Position numbers and translations under genes: made by a program. From Planctomycetota bacterium (GTDB taxonomy: Bacteria > Planctomycetota > UBA8108 > SXIK01): a DNA stretch of 64,000 nt. Shown in pieces: positions 46,421-56,550 of this stretch (position 1 is the stretch's first letter; the number at the start of each line of letters is the position of its first letter). Under the pieces are notes generated by a model. It did no database searches. It was not told the DNA's origin and saw only the letters and a list, made by a program, of their open reading frames with translations. The stretch spans positions 3,712,001-3,776,000 of the forward strand of contig OZ244999.1 of NCBI GenBank assembly GCA_965223265.1, read 5' to 3'.

Positions 46421-48391
46421 ATGACGAATGTTCGACCTGAATCCTCAACAGAGGATAAGGGCAAGCGCGATACCTTCATGGCCGCGCTGACCGCGACGTT
46501 GTCACCGCGCCTTGAGCCGGAGATCATTGTTCCAGGCGAAGACGCAGAGGTCCATGCCCCGTGTCAGGAGCGGCCAGAGAAACTCGTGGAGTGCTCCCGT
46601 CCTGAGCCTACGGCCGGGCCAACCTATACCCTCCCCTTCGTGCAGCCGATCGGTCTGCAGGAACTCGAACTTCGACCTGCGCCTTCCCTGGCTTGTGTTT
46701 CGTTGGCCGATTCACCGGACAGGAGACTCCGCGCCGTATTGTCGCTCGACATGATTCTTGAGCAGCGCTGGTTCTTTCAGTCTCTTACCATCGCGGACCT
46801 TAGCTCCACGCTCAGCCTCGCACCAAACGAGACCATCTCGTTTCAGTCCAAATCAACGCAACGCAAACACTTTGAGCAGTCTGCCGTTGATTCGGTAGAA
46901 GGGCTGGAGTCATCCGAAGCAACTACGATCGATAAAGACGTTCTCAACGTTCTTCGTTCTTCGAGTACAACCAAAAACTGGACCGTCGGCACTAACGCCA
47001 CAGTGAGCGTTGGGTACGCCAGCGCAAGCGTCAGCACGAGCAAATCAAAAACAGTCAATAGTTTGGCCCGCAACGCGAGCGAGTCGCTAAACGAGACGAC
47101 CAGAAAGTCCTCGAACAACCTAAAGACTCTTCGCAAAACGGAGATCACTCAGGCGACGGATGAGACCCTCGAGGAGGGCATCTCCCGAACTGTAAGCAAT
47201 CCATACAAAGACCGTTCTTTGCTAATTAAGATCTACGAGTTAACGAAAGAATATTGCGTAGAGACAGCGCTTGTAGACTATCAGCTTTCTTTAGTTTTGG
47301 AGGTCGGTGGATTCGTATTCGACGCACAGTTCATCTTGGAGAATGGCGACTTCCTTTCGGAAGCCTTGCTCGACACCGTAATGCAGGCGGAACTTGCGAC
47401 AGCCTTAGAGACAGCCTCCGCTGTCGACACCCGGGGAAGAGATCGTGAGCGTCGCGCCCAAGAGATTGCGAGCACAGCGCTCCGATACCTGTTCGATGTC
47501 CCTAACGTGTTCGGCCTTCCCGCCGACAACGACCCGGCCACTTCCTTTACAACGGGAAACACCGCTCTCGCAAGCGGAAACTCCGCGCTCGGAGATGCGA
47601 TTCAACTCGATATCGCCGGCACAGATACCGGGGACCTCGGGAAGATATTCACGGCACTAAACGTTCACTACAAGCTATATGAAGCGATCGAGCGCCCGCC
47701 CGCGCAGCCCATTGAGCGCGTAGAAGGAATTGACCGAGTTGATTTGGCGCTCGCGATCGAGTCGTACGTAGCGCCGCTCTGGTCAGCAGTTTCGGGAGGT
47801 CGGCTGGGCAACATCCTCGACGATGTACACACGACCGAGGTGTTTCGACGTCTTTCGGGATTCCTCAGCTTGGTTTCCCCTCTCCTGAAGCCTCTTGTGG
47901 AGCCTGCATCTGATCGTTTCGAGGCGCAGAGCGCCGAACGTCGAGCAGCTTTCGTTGTGGATCGCGTCGTTCGACACCTTGATTGTCATCATGACTATTA
48001 TGCGGAAAGGTTCCTCGATTACGCTGCCCGGACCACACGAATGGTCTCGGTTAAGAGTTTCGCGGAGCGAGCCGCGCGTACCTTGGGCTCTATCGCACCT
48101 CAATACTTCGACATAGAGGCAACGTACGTTCGCGGCAAGAACGTGGTCGTCCCTCTAAAATTCGGTAGAAAATCGATCCTGAATCTACTTAGGCAGAACG
48201 ACGAAGACGACTACGAGGAAATCAAACTGGGCCGACAAGGAAGCGTGAAGGTCGCCGTGCCGTGCGAAGGCATCCACATCGAAGTCGTACCGGGAGAATG
48301 CGAGCTTCCCGACGTGCCTAACAGCTTTGAAGTCCGCGGAAATATCTCGTTCGGAGGGGCCAGCTCGGAAGCAACCGCCGACAGGGAGTAG
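46421..48391 (+). CDS. Hypothetical protein with a Ser/Thr-rich alternating beta segment (possible beta-pore-forming protein)
   Basis: GGAG RBS before ATG 46421; TLSLAPNE, SSSTTKNWTVGTNATVSVGYASASVSTSKSKT, RTVSNPY..IYEL..Y.V; AT-richer codons. Confidence 0.6.
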   Translation: MTNVRPESSTEDKGKRDTFMAALTATLSPRLEPEIIVPGEDAEVHAPCQERPEKLVECSRPEPTAGPTYTLPFVQPIGLQELELRPAPSLACVSLADSPDRRLRAVLSLDMILEQRWFFQSLTIADLSSTLSLAPNETISFQSKSTQRKHFEQSAVDSVEGLESSEATTIDKDVLNVLRSSSTTKNWTVGTNATVSVGYASASVSTSKSKTVNSLARNASESLNETTRKSSNNLKTLRKTEITQATDETLEEGISRTVSNPYKDRSLLIKIYELTKEYCVETALVDYQLSLVLEVGGFVFDAQFILENGDFLSEALLDTVMQAELATALETASAVDTRGRDRERRAQEIASTALRYLFDVPNVFGLPADNDPATSFTTGNTALASGNSALGDAIQLDIAGTDTGDLGKIFTALNVHYKLYEAIERPPAQPIERVEGIDRVDLALAIESYVAPLWSAVSGGRLGNILDDVHTTEVFRRLSGFLSLVSPLLKPLVEPASDRFEAQSAERRAAFVVDRVVRHLDCHHDYYAERFLDYAARTTRMVSVKSFAERAARTLGSIAPQYFDIEATYVRGKNVVVPLKFGRKSILNLLRQNDEDDYEEIKLGRQGSVKVAVPCEGIHIEVVPGECELPDVPNSFEVRGNISFGGASSEATADRE

Positions 48392-48395
48392 GAAC

Positions 48396-49262
48396 ATGCC
48401 CCCACCGAGAAGGGTTGCACCGCCAAAAAGGGGCCTACAGAATTACCAACGGGTTCGCAAAAAACTGCAGACTGCACAGCAAGCGACCGACGACCGAACG
48501 AAGAAGAAGGCTTTTGACTCAATCCGAAGATTGCTGCTACGGAATCGCAAAGGAATTCCTGGTCTGGAGAAGGCCTACAACCATAACCATCACAATGGCG
48601 AACCGTGGGGGCTGCGCGACGATATCAAGAGGGCGTTCGCTGAGAAGCGAGCGGCGCAACTAGTGGAACTGCTTAAGTCCACAAACCCGATTCGGGAACG
48701 GCCGTCGAGAGATTCAGTTAGGCGCCGAAACTTCCAACAGACCGTCTCCGAACTCGAGAGCGCCTGGCCCGCGAAGCTCCGAGAGATCTCGCGAAAAAGA
48801 GCTGAAAAGGACGAGTGGGCCGTTTTTTACCATGAGAACTTCATACAGATATACTTGCATCGAGGCGACCTCAACAAACTAGGTTGGTACGTCGATGAAA
48901 TTCCGTCTCGAGTACCGAAGTCCATGAAAGACCCCATTCGTACGGACTTTCAACTATATGGAAGAATGAGGAGGGTTTGGGGCGGTCGATATGGAAAACT
49001 GCACCAGAACGCGGTGGAATTCCGAGCGACGCGCGGGATCCTCTCCCGACTGTCACGTGACGACGTCAGGAAGAAAGTGGAAGACTTTCTCTCTCGAGAA
49101 CTTCGAAAGCACGACGAGGTCTTGAAGCGCCTTCGCCCCACTGCGGGACCTCCGGGAGGCATACTTCAGTCCGTGGGTTTTTGGCGCAAGGTGTTCGAAC
49201 GCGCCCTGAGAGACCTCAGGGAGGGGAAGGAACCTAAGTTCCCATTCCCCCCCATTTTCTGA
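48396..49262 (+). CDS. Highly basic hypothetical protein
   Basis: ATG 4 nt after the upstream stop; K/R-rich, 288 aa, no motif recognised. Confidence 0.6.
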   Translation: MPPPRRVAPPKRGLQNYQRVRKKLQTAQQATDDRTKKKAFDSIRRLLLRNRKGIPGLEKAYNHNHHNGEPWGLRDDIKRAFAEKRAAQLVELLKSTNPIRERPSRDSVRRRNFQQTVSELESAWPAKLREISRKRAEKDEWAVFYHENFIQIYLHRGDLNKLGWYVDEIPSRVPKSMKDPIRTDFQLYGRMRRVWGGRYGKLHQNAVEFRATRGILSRLSRDDVRKKVEDFLSRELRKHDEVLKRLRPTAGPPGGILQSVGFWRKVFERALRDLREGKEPKFPFPPIF

Positions 49263-49517
49263 TTTCGAGACTCTCATTTCGCGTGATTGCGAAAAACTCC
49301 ACGCCGAATTCGTCCGTCATGTTGAACTTCGCTCGGCCCTCGGCGCGCGCTCGAACTTCGCAACTTCGACCGCTCCGAGACGAGGAGGGCTACATAGAGG
49401 CGGCTCCGGTGTATCCCGCTGAGTCAAGCCGCGTCGGCATTGGTGTCGGCGGTGAGGCGCCAGAGCTCACGCGCGATGGAGAGGAGCCTCAGCGATGTGC
49501 GGCGGGTACGCCCTGAA

Positions 49518-49844
49518 TCAGTGGTCGAACACGCCGCGCTCGAGTTCTGTGCCGCAGAAAACGCACGACTCACGGCTCCGCGCTTGCTTCCGACCGCACT
49601 TCGGACAATCTCGAGTTTCGGGAGCAGCACGTCCGTCACGCCTGCCATCAGCGAGATCGAGTTCCTCGATCCTCAGCATCAGCTCTTCGTCGCTGTAGTG
49701 ATGCTCTTCCTTCAAGAGCGTCCAGAGTGCCTGGGTGATCAGGTAGAGGCGTTCGAGATCGTCTCTGAGTTCCAGGGAGGCTTTCTCTCCGCGCTCGCCC
49801 GTGCGCTGCGCACGCCATATCTGAGGGTAGTAATCCGCCATCAA
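49518..49844 (-). CDS. Hypothetical protein with a C-terminal zinc ribbon
   Basis: LERLYLITQALWTLL..DLADGRRDG..CPKC..CVFCG. Confidence 0.7.
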   Translation of the reverse strand: MMADYYPQIWRAQRTGERGEKASLELRDDLERLYLITQALWTLLKEEHHYSDEELMLRIEELDLADGRRDGRAAPETRDCPKCGRKQARSRESCVFCGTELERGVFDH

Positions 49845-50044
49845 AACCTCTCGAATCTGTCATTACGAAGCTGGCACGTTGGATTGCCCGTTCCGACACG
49901 GTTCGATTTGGACTGGCGAGAGAGCACATGCGGAGGCGATAAAGTCCAAGCCACAGTAATCGCCAGAAACGCGCATCGGACGTAATTCCGACGGCCAAAC
50001 TTACCACTGGGCCAAGACGACCTACCAAAGGGCACCTTCGCCAT

Positions 50045-51334
50045 ATGAAGAACAGCCAGGACCTGAAGCACGTGGTCATTGTCGGCGGCGGTTTCGCCGG
50101 CTTGAACGCAGCGAAAAAGCTCGGAGGTGCACCGGGACTCAAGGTAACGCTCGTCGACAAGCAGAACCACCACCTTTTCCAGCCTCTTCTCTACCAAGTC
50201 GCCACCGCTGGACTATCGCCCGCGGATATCGCCGCCCCCATCCGCAGTCTCCTCTCGCGCCACAAGAACGTCTCTGTTCTTCAGGGAACGGTAGGCGGCG
50301 TTGACCTTGAGAGAAGAAGCGTTGTCGCCGACTTCGGCGAGCTGCAATTCGATTATCTGCTTTTGTGTTGCGGCGCGGTGCCGTTCTACTTCGGCCACTC
50401 CGAATGGGAGGAGCACGCCCCGAGCCTGAAAACGATTCCGCAAGCCACCGAGATTCGCCGAAGATTGCTGAGTTCCTTTGAAGCTGCTGAGCTCACCGAT
50501 AATCTCGAGAAAAGACGCCAACTTCTGACGAGCGTCATCATCGGCGGTGGTCCCACGGGAGTTGAGCTTGCGGGGGCGATCGGCGAGCTGAGCCGTTTCA
50601 CGCTTGCGAAGGACTTCCGCAGGATCGACGCCAAGCTCACCCGCATCATCCTCATTGAGGCGGGCCCTCGCATTCTCCCATCGTTCGGCGCGGATCACTC
50701 CTCGAGGGCGACTCGGGACCTGGAGACTCTCGGTGTCCAGATATGGACGAACAGCCTGGTGAGCTCGATCGACGCCGATGGCGTCGCGGTTGGATCGGAG
50801 CGCATCGCCGCCGCAACGGTGCTCTGGGCCGCGGGCGTGCGCGCCGTCGACTTCGAGCAAAGCGATGGAATGCAGCGAGATCAAAGTGGGAGGATCGCGG
50901 TGACGGACGACCTGAGCGTTGCCGGACATCCGAATGTGTTCGTCGCTGGCGACCAAGCGAGTGTCGACCCAGCGCTTCCCGGCACGGCTCCCGTCGCGAT
51001 GCAGCAGGGGCGATTCGTCGCCAAGACGATCCTGAGGGACATTGCAGGCGAGCCGCGGGAAAACTTTCAGTTCGTCGACCGAGGTCAGATGGCAACGATC
51101 GGCCGCAGTCGCGCAGTCGTCGAAATCCGCAAGCTGAAATTCTCCGGCTTGTTCGCGTGGATCACTTGGCTGACGGTCCACATCTATTTCCTCACGGGAT
51201 TCAAGAACCGGCTTTTCGTTGTGCTCAGCTGGGCCTGGTCTTACCTGACATTTCGTCGCGGAGCACGCTTGGTGGTTGGGCGTGAGTGGCGCCTCAACAG
51301 AGGAGACCTGAAAAAGCGGCAAGAATCCGCCTGA
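50045..51334 (+). CDS. ndh: Type II NADH dehydrogenase
   Basis: GGGFAG, HLFQPLLYQVATA, GGGPTGVELAG, WAAGV, APVAMQQG, MATIGR. Confidence 0.92.
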   Translation: MKNSQDLKHVVIVGGGFAGLNAAKKLGGAPGLKVTLVDKQNHHLFQPLLYQVATAGLSPADIAAPIRSLLSRHKNVSVLQGTVGGVDLERRSVVADFGELQFDYLLLCCGAVPFYFGHSEWEEHAPSLKTIPQATEIRRRLLSSFEAAELTDNLEKRRQLLTSVIIGGGPTGVELAGAIGELSRFTLAKDFRRIDAKLTRIILIEAGPRILPSFGADHSSRATRDLETLGVQIWTNSLVSSIDADGVAVGSERIAAATVLWAAGVRAVDFEQSDGMQRDQSGRIAVTDDLSVAGHPNVFVAGDQASVDPALPGTAPVAMQQGRFVAKTILRDIAGEPRENFQFVDRGQMATIGRSRAVVEIRKLKFSGLFAWITWLTVHIYFLTGFKNRLFVVLSWAWSYLTFRRGARLVVGREWRLNRGDLKKRQESA

Positions 51335-51430
51335 GATAACGTCGAGCTCTGTGAATTTCGGACCGCGGGTCGACTCGGCATCGGATATGCTGCCTGCTGG
51401 TCTATCAAACTCACCATCCGCCGCGGAGCT

Positions 51431-53602
51431 TTGGTCGTGCCTTACCATCCCTTTTTCATCTACCGTCTATTGGTTGCCACCTCATGGGCGGTGCTCCTCG
51501 CCGCCCCCCATCTCAAGGCGCAGAATCCGAGCTACGCCAAGCAACCGACCATCGTGGAGTACGATGTAGATCCGGCCTGGCCTCAACGACCCGACCATAT
51601 CGTCCGCAAAGGCTGGGTTTCGGGACTTGCCATCGACAGCCAGGACCAGATTTGGCTCTTCGGCAAACGCCCGGATCCAGTGCAGGTCTACACCGCCGAT
51701 GGGAAATTCGTCCGCACCTGGGGACAAGGCCTTTTCAGCAACCCACACCACCTGCGGATCGGTCCGGACGGAAACATTTGGGTGGCCGATTTTGGCCTGC
51801 ATATCGTGCAGAAATTCACGCCGGAGGGAAAGCTCCTGCAGACCCTTGGAGTCAGAGGCGAGAAGGGCGACGACGAAACGCATTTCAACATGCCGACGGA
51901 CATGGCCATCACTCCCGCCGGTGACATCTTCGTCACCGACGGCTACGGCAACCGCCGGATCGTCCATCTCGACAAACACGGAAAGTTTATTAAGGCGTGG
52001 GGGCGGTACGGCTCACGCCCGGGGGAATTCATCCTGCCGCACGCGATCGTTGTTGACGCTGAGGGTCTACTGTACGTGGCCGACCGCAACAGCGCCCGCA
52101 TCCAGGTCTTTGACCAAGAGGGAACGTTTCTCGATCAGTGGTCAAACGTCATCATGCCTTGGGGCCTCTCCATTTCCGGTGATGACATCTGGGTCTGTGG
52201 ATCCTCGCCTCACTGGTGGCTCCGGAGCGAGAAATACCCCGAGTATAAGGATCAGATGTTCGTTCGTTTCGATCGCAGTGGACGCGTTCTTCAGCTCTGG
52301 ACGATCCCCCTCGGCGACATCGGCGAGGATAAGAACAACCCGGATGTCTCGCTACTGCACTCTGGCGAGGCTGTCGGGGTGCACTGCATCGCGGAAGACT
52401 CGAACGGCAACATTTACCTCGGAGAAATCTACAGCGAACGGGCGCAGAAGTTCGTGCCCGTGACGAGTCGTGCGACGCCGCACCAGCGCCGCTTCATTTA
52501 CAACTCGGACGGCACCAACATGTTCTACCAGCAAGTGCCGCCCATGGCTGCGTCCGACGTACATCGATATATCGACGAGGTCGCAGACAAAGGTGTGACG
52601 ACGTTCTTCTACAGCCCGAACGTCGGCATGCTAGCGAACTACCCAAGCAGACACCCGGGGATGGTGGGGGCAGGAGTTTCGCAGGAAAAAGAGCGCCGCA
52701 TCCACGAGGTCGCCATCGAAAAAGAGTCGACCGAGCGTGCGATCGTCAATCTCCGCGCTCTACTTTCCGCCGGGCATGATCCGGTCGGGCTCATCCTCGA
52801 ACGAGCCCAAGCGAAAGGCCTCGAGGCGTTCATCAGCTATCGACTCAACGAGATTCACGATGTGCAGAACCCTGATACGAGCCTGATTGTTTCGCCCTTT
52901 TGGCGCGAACATCCCGAGTGGCGTGTCGGCCAGCACGGCGACGAAGTGAGCCCGCTCTTCAAGGAGATCATCGGCGGTCGCCCTGACTACAAAGTGCACC
53001 CGATCGTCTCGTCTTGGTTTCCCGGCGCTCTCAACTTCGCGGTTCCAGAGGTTCGCGCCGAGCGCCTCGCTGAGCTGCGCGAGTGCTGCGAGCGCTACCC
53101 CATCGACGGACTCGATCTCGATTTTCAGCGCTTTCCCATCTATTTCCCTCAGGACGAAGGACACAAGCACGTCGAGACCATGACCGAGTGGGTGCGCCAG
53201 GTGCGGGCGATGACGCGCGAGGTCGCGCGCAAGCGAGGCAGGCCGATTCTTCTCTCGGCGCGCATCCTCGCCAAGCCCGAGCAGTGCCTCGCCATCGGCC
53301 TCGATCCCGTCACGTGGGCCAAGGAGGGTCTTCTGGACTTCGTGATCGTCTCTCACTACCTGCGGAACGATTTCCCGCTACCGATCGCGGAGTACAAGAA
53401 GCTGATCACGAAGATTCCCGTTTACGCCTGCATCGAAGTCGAGCGCGACGCTGAGAACTACCGTCGCATCGCGCGCGAGCTTTGGGACGGCGGCGCCGAT
53501 GGGCTCGCCATGTTCAACTTTTTCACGTGGCGCGAAGGAGCCAAGAAGGAACCGGAGTTCGAACTTTTCCGCGAGCTTTCCGACCCGGAGAAATTGAAGT
53601 AG
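51431..53602 (+). CDS. Secreted fusion: NHL beta-propeller (peptidyl-alpha-hydroxyglycine lyase-like) plus putative glycoside hydrolase TIM barrel (GHL10-like)
   Basis: Signal peptide; FSNPHHLRI, FNMPTDMAI, FILPHAIVVD; second domain from RRFIYNSDG with RLNEIHD, LNFAVPEVR, YPIDGLDLDFQR, GADGLAMFNF. Confidence 0.7.
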   Translation: MVVPYHPFFIYRLLVATSWAVLLAAPHLKAQNPSYAKQPTIVEYDVDPAWPQRPDHIVRKGWVSGLAIDSQDQIWLFGKRPDPVQVYTADGKFVRTWGQGLFSNPHHLRIGPDGNIWVADFGLHIVQKFTPEGKLLQTLGVRGEKGDDETHFNMPTDMAITPAGDIFVTDGYGNRRIVHLDKHGKFIKAWGRYGSRPGEFILPHAIVVDAEGLLYVADRNSARIQVFDQEGTFLDQWSNVIMPWGLSISGDDIWVCGSSPHWWLRSEKYPEYKDQMFVRFDRSGRVLQLWTIPLGDIGEDKNNPDVSLLHSGEAVGVHCIAEDSNGNIYLGEIYSERAQKFVPVTSRATPHQRRFIYNSDGTNMFYQQVPPMAASDVHRYIDEVADKGVTTFFYSPNVGMLANYPSRHPGMVGAGVSQEKERRIHEVAIEKESTERAIVNLRALLSAGHDPVGLILERAQAKGLEAFISYRLNEIHDVQNPDTSLIVSPFWREHPEWRVGQHGDEVSPLFKEIIGGRPDYKVHPIVSSWFPGALNFAVPEVRAERLAELRECCERYPIDGLDLDFQRFPIYFPQDEGHKHVETMTEWVRQVRAMTREVARKRGRPILLSARILAKPEQCLAIGLDPVTWAKEGLLDFVIVSHYLRNDFPLPIAEYKKLITKIPVYACIEVERDAENYRRIARELWDGGADGLAMFNFFTWREGAKKEPEFELFRELSDPEKLK

Positions 53603-53796
53603 CGATAGTTTCTCAGGGGATGGTCGCGATGTAGGCGGGACTGGCTTGGCCGAATACTCACTGAAGTGCGCGAACTTACTCGAACGTCCAAGGGTCAGAC
53701 AGCACTCATGGTACCTTTGGCCGCACTGGACCGTGCTGTTCGCAGGCACTCGGTGACCCAGCGAGTCTGCGCCGAAGTCTAAGATGGGATAGGCGA

Positions 53797-54717
53797 ATGC
53801 GAGGCGACGTTGTCTATCGAGTGTATGGGCTACACGAAGGAAGAGAGCAGGACCAGTATTTCGATTGCTATCGAACAGCTCAAGAAGCGGAGGCTCGGAT
53901 CGCTGAGCTGAAGTCGAAACCCGATCATTGGAGCGAAAAATATCACAACAAGGGATTCGTTATCCGAGAAGCTGTGGTCGATACGGATTTTGAGATCCCG
54001 TCCCTACCAAAACCTCGTGACAACTATGCTGTCAGAATCTCTACGAAACCTAGCGATCCAGGGACCTGGGACTCAACCCTCGTCCAGGTATTCCGGCGAG
54101 ACCCATCCGGCGACCATTTGATCTGTGAATACGAACGCAACTACTCGATGTTTCAAACCTTTGAGCCGTTCCGGCAGGGGCAACGGGAATTTGCTCTCGT
54201 CTCCCGCGACTACACCAAGAGTGCGGTTCTCGATTTGGCCTCGGGAGAAGTCATTGCTGAGGAGGCAGAAGAGTACTATGGAGAAGATGCTCAACGTCCC
54301 GGCGCTGGATTCTGCCCAGTTGGGTTTTTCGTCCCTGATTGGTGGGACGTGCATGATGATTCCGTTATCCCTGGGAGCGAATTCTGGGATGAGGACGATG
54401 AATGGCCGACAGGGGGTTTTGGATTTGTCTGGGGGTGTCACTGGGGAGACGATAGTTCGTGGAAGGTGCAGCACCTTGATCTTTCGTGTGTCCGGGACGG
54501 CGTGATCAAGCGCGATGATCGATTTGGATACATAGAGTTGGCTACGATCGGCTACACTTCGCCAGTTTTTCGATCCTCAGCCGCGAGGACGACCCCCTCA
54601 CGCCCTCCAGAGTTCATTCGGCTCTGGAGCGAGAAAGGAGTTCCTCGAGTTACATTCGCGGTTGAATTGGAATTCGATCTTCGCACCGGAAAAAAGTTCG
54701 ACTCAGACGTCTCGTGA
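53797..54717 (+). CDS. Hypothetical protein
   Basis: 306-aa open frame, Trp/Asp-rich (GFCPVGFFVPDWWD, GFVWGCHWGDDSSWK), AT-richer codons. Confidence 0.65.
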   Translation: MRGDVVYRVYGLHEGREQDQYFDCYRTAQEAEARIAELKSKPDHWSEKYHNKGFVIREAVVDTDFEIPSLPKPRDNYAVRISTKPSDPGTWDSTLVQVFRRDPSGDHLICEYERNYSMFQTFEPFRQGQREFALVSRDYTKSAVLDLASGEVIAEEAEEYYGEDAQRPGAGFCPVGFFVPDWWDVHDDSVIPGSEFWDEDDEWPTGGFGFVWGCHWGDDSSWKVQHLDLSCVRDGVIKRDDRFGYIELATIGYTSPVFRSSAARTTPSRPPEFIRLWSEKGVPRVTFAVELEFDLRTGKKFDSDVS

Positions 54718-54801
54718 TCTCTCGCAAGTGACAGAATAGATGGCACCCGGCAACTGAAGGGTTGTTCGTCGACCTGCCAGCACTTACGCGTTCTTCTACG
54801 C

Positions 54802-56364
54802 TCAGAGCGTCGGCCCAATGTTCCACGGGCTGAACTCCTCCTCGCCGACGCCCTGGAGCTCGCTCTTGGTGTGCTCGCCGCTGGCAACGCGCAGCACCAG
54901 CTCAAAGAGATCCTCGCCAACCGTCTCGACTGGAACACCGTCAAGAATAACGCCAGCGTTGACGTCCATGTCGGCCTCCATGCGCTCGAACATCTCGGTG
55001 TTCGTCGCCACCTTGATGCAGGGGCTCGGCTTGCACCCATAGACCGATCCGCGGCCGGTGGTGAAGACGCAAACGTTCGCGCCGCCGGCGACGATTCCTG
55101 TCATCGACACCGGGTCGTAACCCGGAGTGTCCATGACGACGAACCCTGGCTCGGTGATCGGGTCGGCGTAGCGGTACACAGCGCGCAGCGCCGTCGAGCC
55201 GCCCTTGGCGATGGCGCCGAGCGACTTCTCGTAGATCGTCGTCAGGCCGCCTTCCTTGTTTCCAGGTGAGGGGTTGTTGTTGATCTCGGCGCCGAAGACG
55301 CTCGTATACCACTCCCACCATTTGATGCGCTCGACGAGGCGTTCCCCAACCTCCCGCGACACGGCCCGCCGCGTCAACAGATGCTCGGCGCCATAGATCT
55401 CAGGAGTTTCGCCGAGGACTGCCGAGCCGCCGCACGCGACGATGCGGTCAGCGGCGACACCAACCGCCGGGTTCGCCGTGACGCCGCTGTTGCCATCCGA
55501 ACCACCGCACTGCATGCCGAAAACGAGTTTCGACGCCGGCACCTCCTCGCGCCGGACGTCATTGGCACGCGGCAACACTTCGAGGAGTGACCTGACGCCC
55601 GCCTCAACCGTTCGCGCGATGCCCCCGGCCTCTTGAATGGTCACCACTGGGGGAGCCACCGCCTGCGACGAGCTCGCGACTTCACTCTTCAGGCCTTCAA
55701 TCTGGACGAGTTTCTGACTCTCGATCAGGTGCGACGTTTGGCCGATCTCGCATCCGAGACCGACAAGCAGGTAGGCACCGATGTTCGGGTGACGCGCAAA
55801 CCCACCCAGCGTCCGCGCCAGTTGCAAGTGATCCTCGCCATCGTACGCCATCCCACATCCCGTCTTGTGCGTGATGGGCAGCACGCCGTCGACGTTCGGA
55901 AACTGCTGCAGCACGTCGCCCGAGACTCTCTGAGCGATGTACTTGCTGGTCGACGCCGAGCAATTCACCGTACTGATGATGGCCACGTAGTTGCGCGTGC
56001 CCACGCGACCGTCAGCGCGCACGTAGCCGCGAAAACTCCGGTCCGAAATCGGCTCAAGCGGCGGCGGCACGTCGGCAGCGAAGCAGTAGTCGCGATCGAA
56101 GGCTTGGGCCGAGCAGTTGTGCACATGGACTTGCTCGCCGGGTGCGATGTCAGCAGCGGCAAAGCCGATCGTGTGCCCATACTTGCGGACTGCATCGCCC
56201 TCGAGGATTCGTTCCAGCGCTACCTTATGCCCCATCGGGATCGGCACTTTGGTCGTGATACTAACGCCATCGACTTCGAGCGTCTCGCCCGCCTGAACGT
56301 GCACGCAGGCCACGGCCACGTTGTCGTCCATTCGGAGCCGGAGGACGCTACGCTTCGAATTCAC
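54802..56364 (-). CDS. uxaA: Altronate dehydratase (UxaA family)
   Basis: SAF domain DNVAVA..GHKVAL..KYG; GRVGTRNY, GLGCE, QCGGSDG, NNPSPGNKEGGLTTIYEKSLG, FTTGRG; GTG start 56364. Confidence 0.9.
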   Translation of the reverse strand: MNSKRSVLRLRMDDNVAVACVHVQAGETLEVDGVSITTKVPIPMGHKVALERILEGDAVRKYGHTIGFAAADIAPGEQVHVHNCSAQAFDRDYCFAADVPPPLEPISDRSFRGYVRADGRVGTRNYVAIISTVNCSASTSKYIAQRVSGDVLQQFPNVDGVLPITHKTGCGMAYDGEDHLQLARTLGGFARHPNIGAYLLVGLGCEIGQTSHLIESQKLVQIEGLKSEVASSSQAVAPPVVTIQEAGGIARTVEAGVRSLLEVLPRANDVRREEVPASKLVFGMQCGGSDGNSGVTANPAVGVAADRIVACGGSAVLGETPEIYGAEHLLTRRAVSREVGERLVERIKWWEWYTSVFGAEINNNPSPGNKEGGLTTIYEKSLGAIAKGGSTALRAVYRYADPITEPGFVVMDTPGYDPVSMTGIVAGGANVCVFTTGRGSVYGCKPSPCIKVATNTEMFERMEADMDVNAGVILDGVPVETVGEDLFELVLRVASGEHTKSELQGVGEEEFSPWNIGPTL

Positions 56365-56550
56365 TGTTCCCTCTGGTTCTGCTTGACTGTTTGTTCTGTG
56401 GGACTGTTTGGCGCTAAGAATGACCTGCCCGATGAGTCCAAAAGTCTGCCACACCGAGACGACTTGGAAAAGGATTTAACTAGGCAGGAAAATGTCTATA
56501 GTGAGGCGTTCGAACCACACCTGGCGCAAACGTCCTCTATCCAACTCGAC

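Noticed and set aside
55633-56550. 708-aa ORF suggesting a long N-terminal extension on GH88
   Set aside because: The first 306 codons are mostly antisense to uxaA; GH88 similarity begins at ATG 56551
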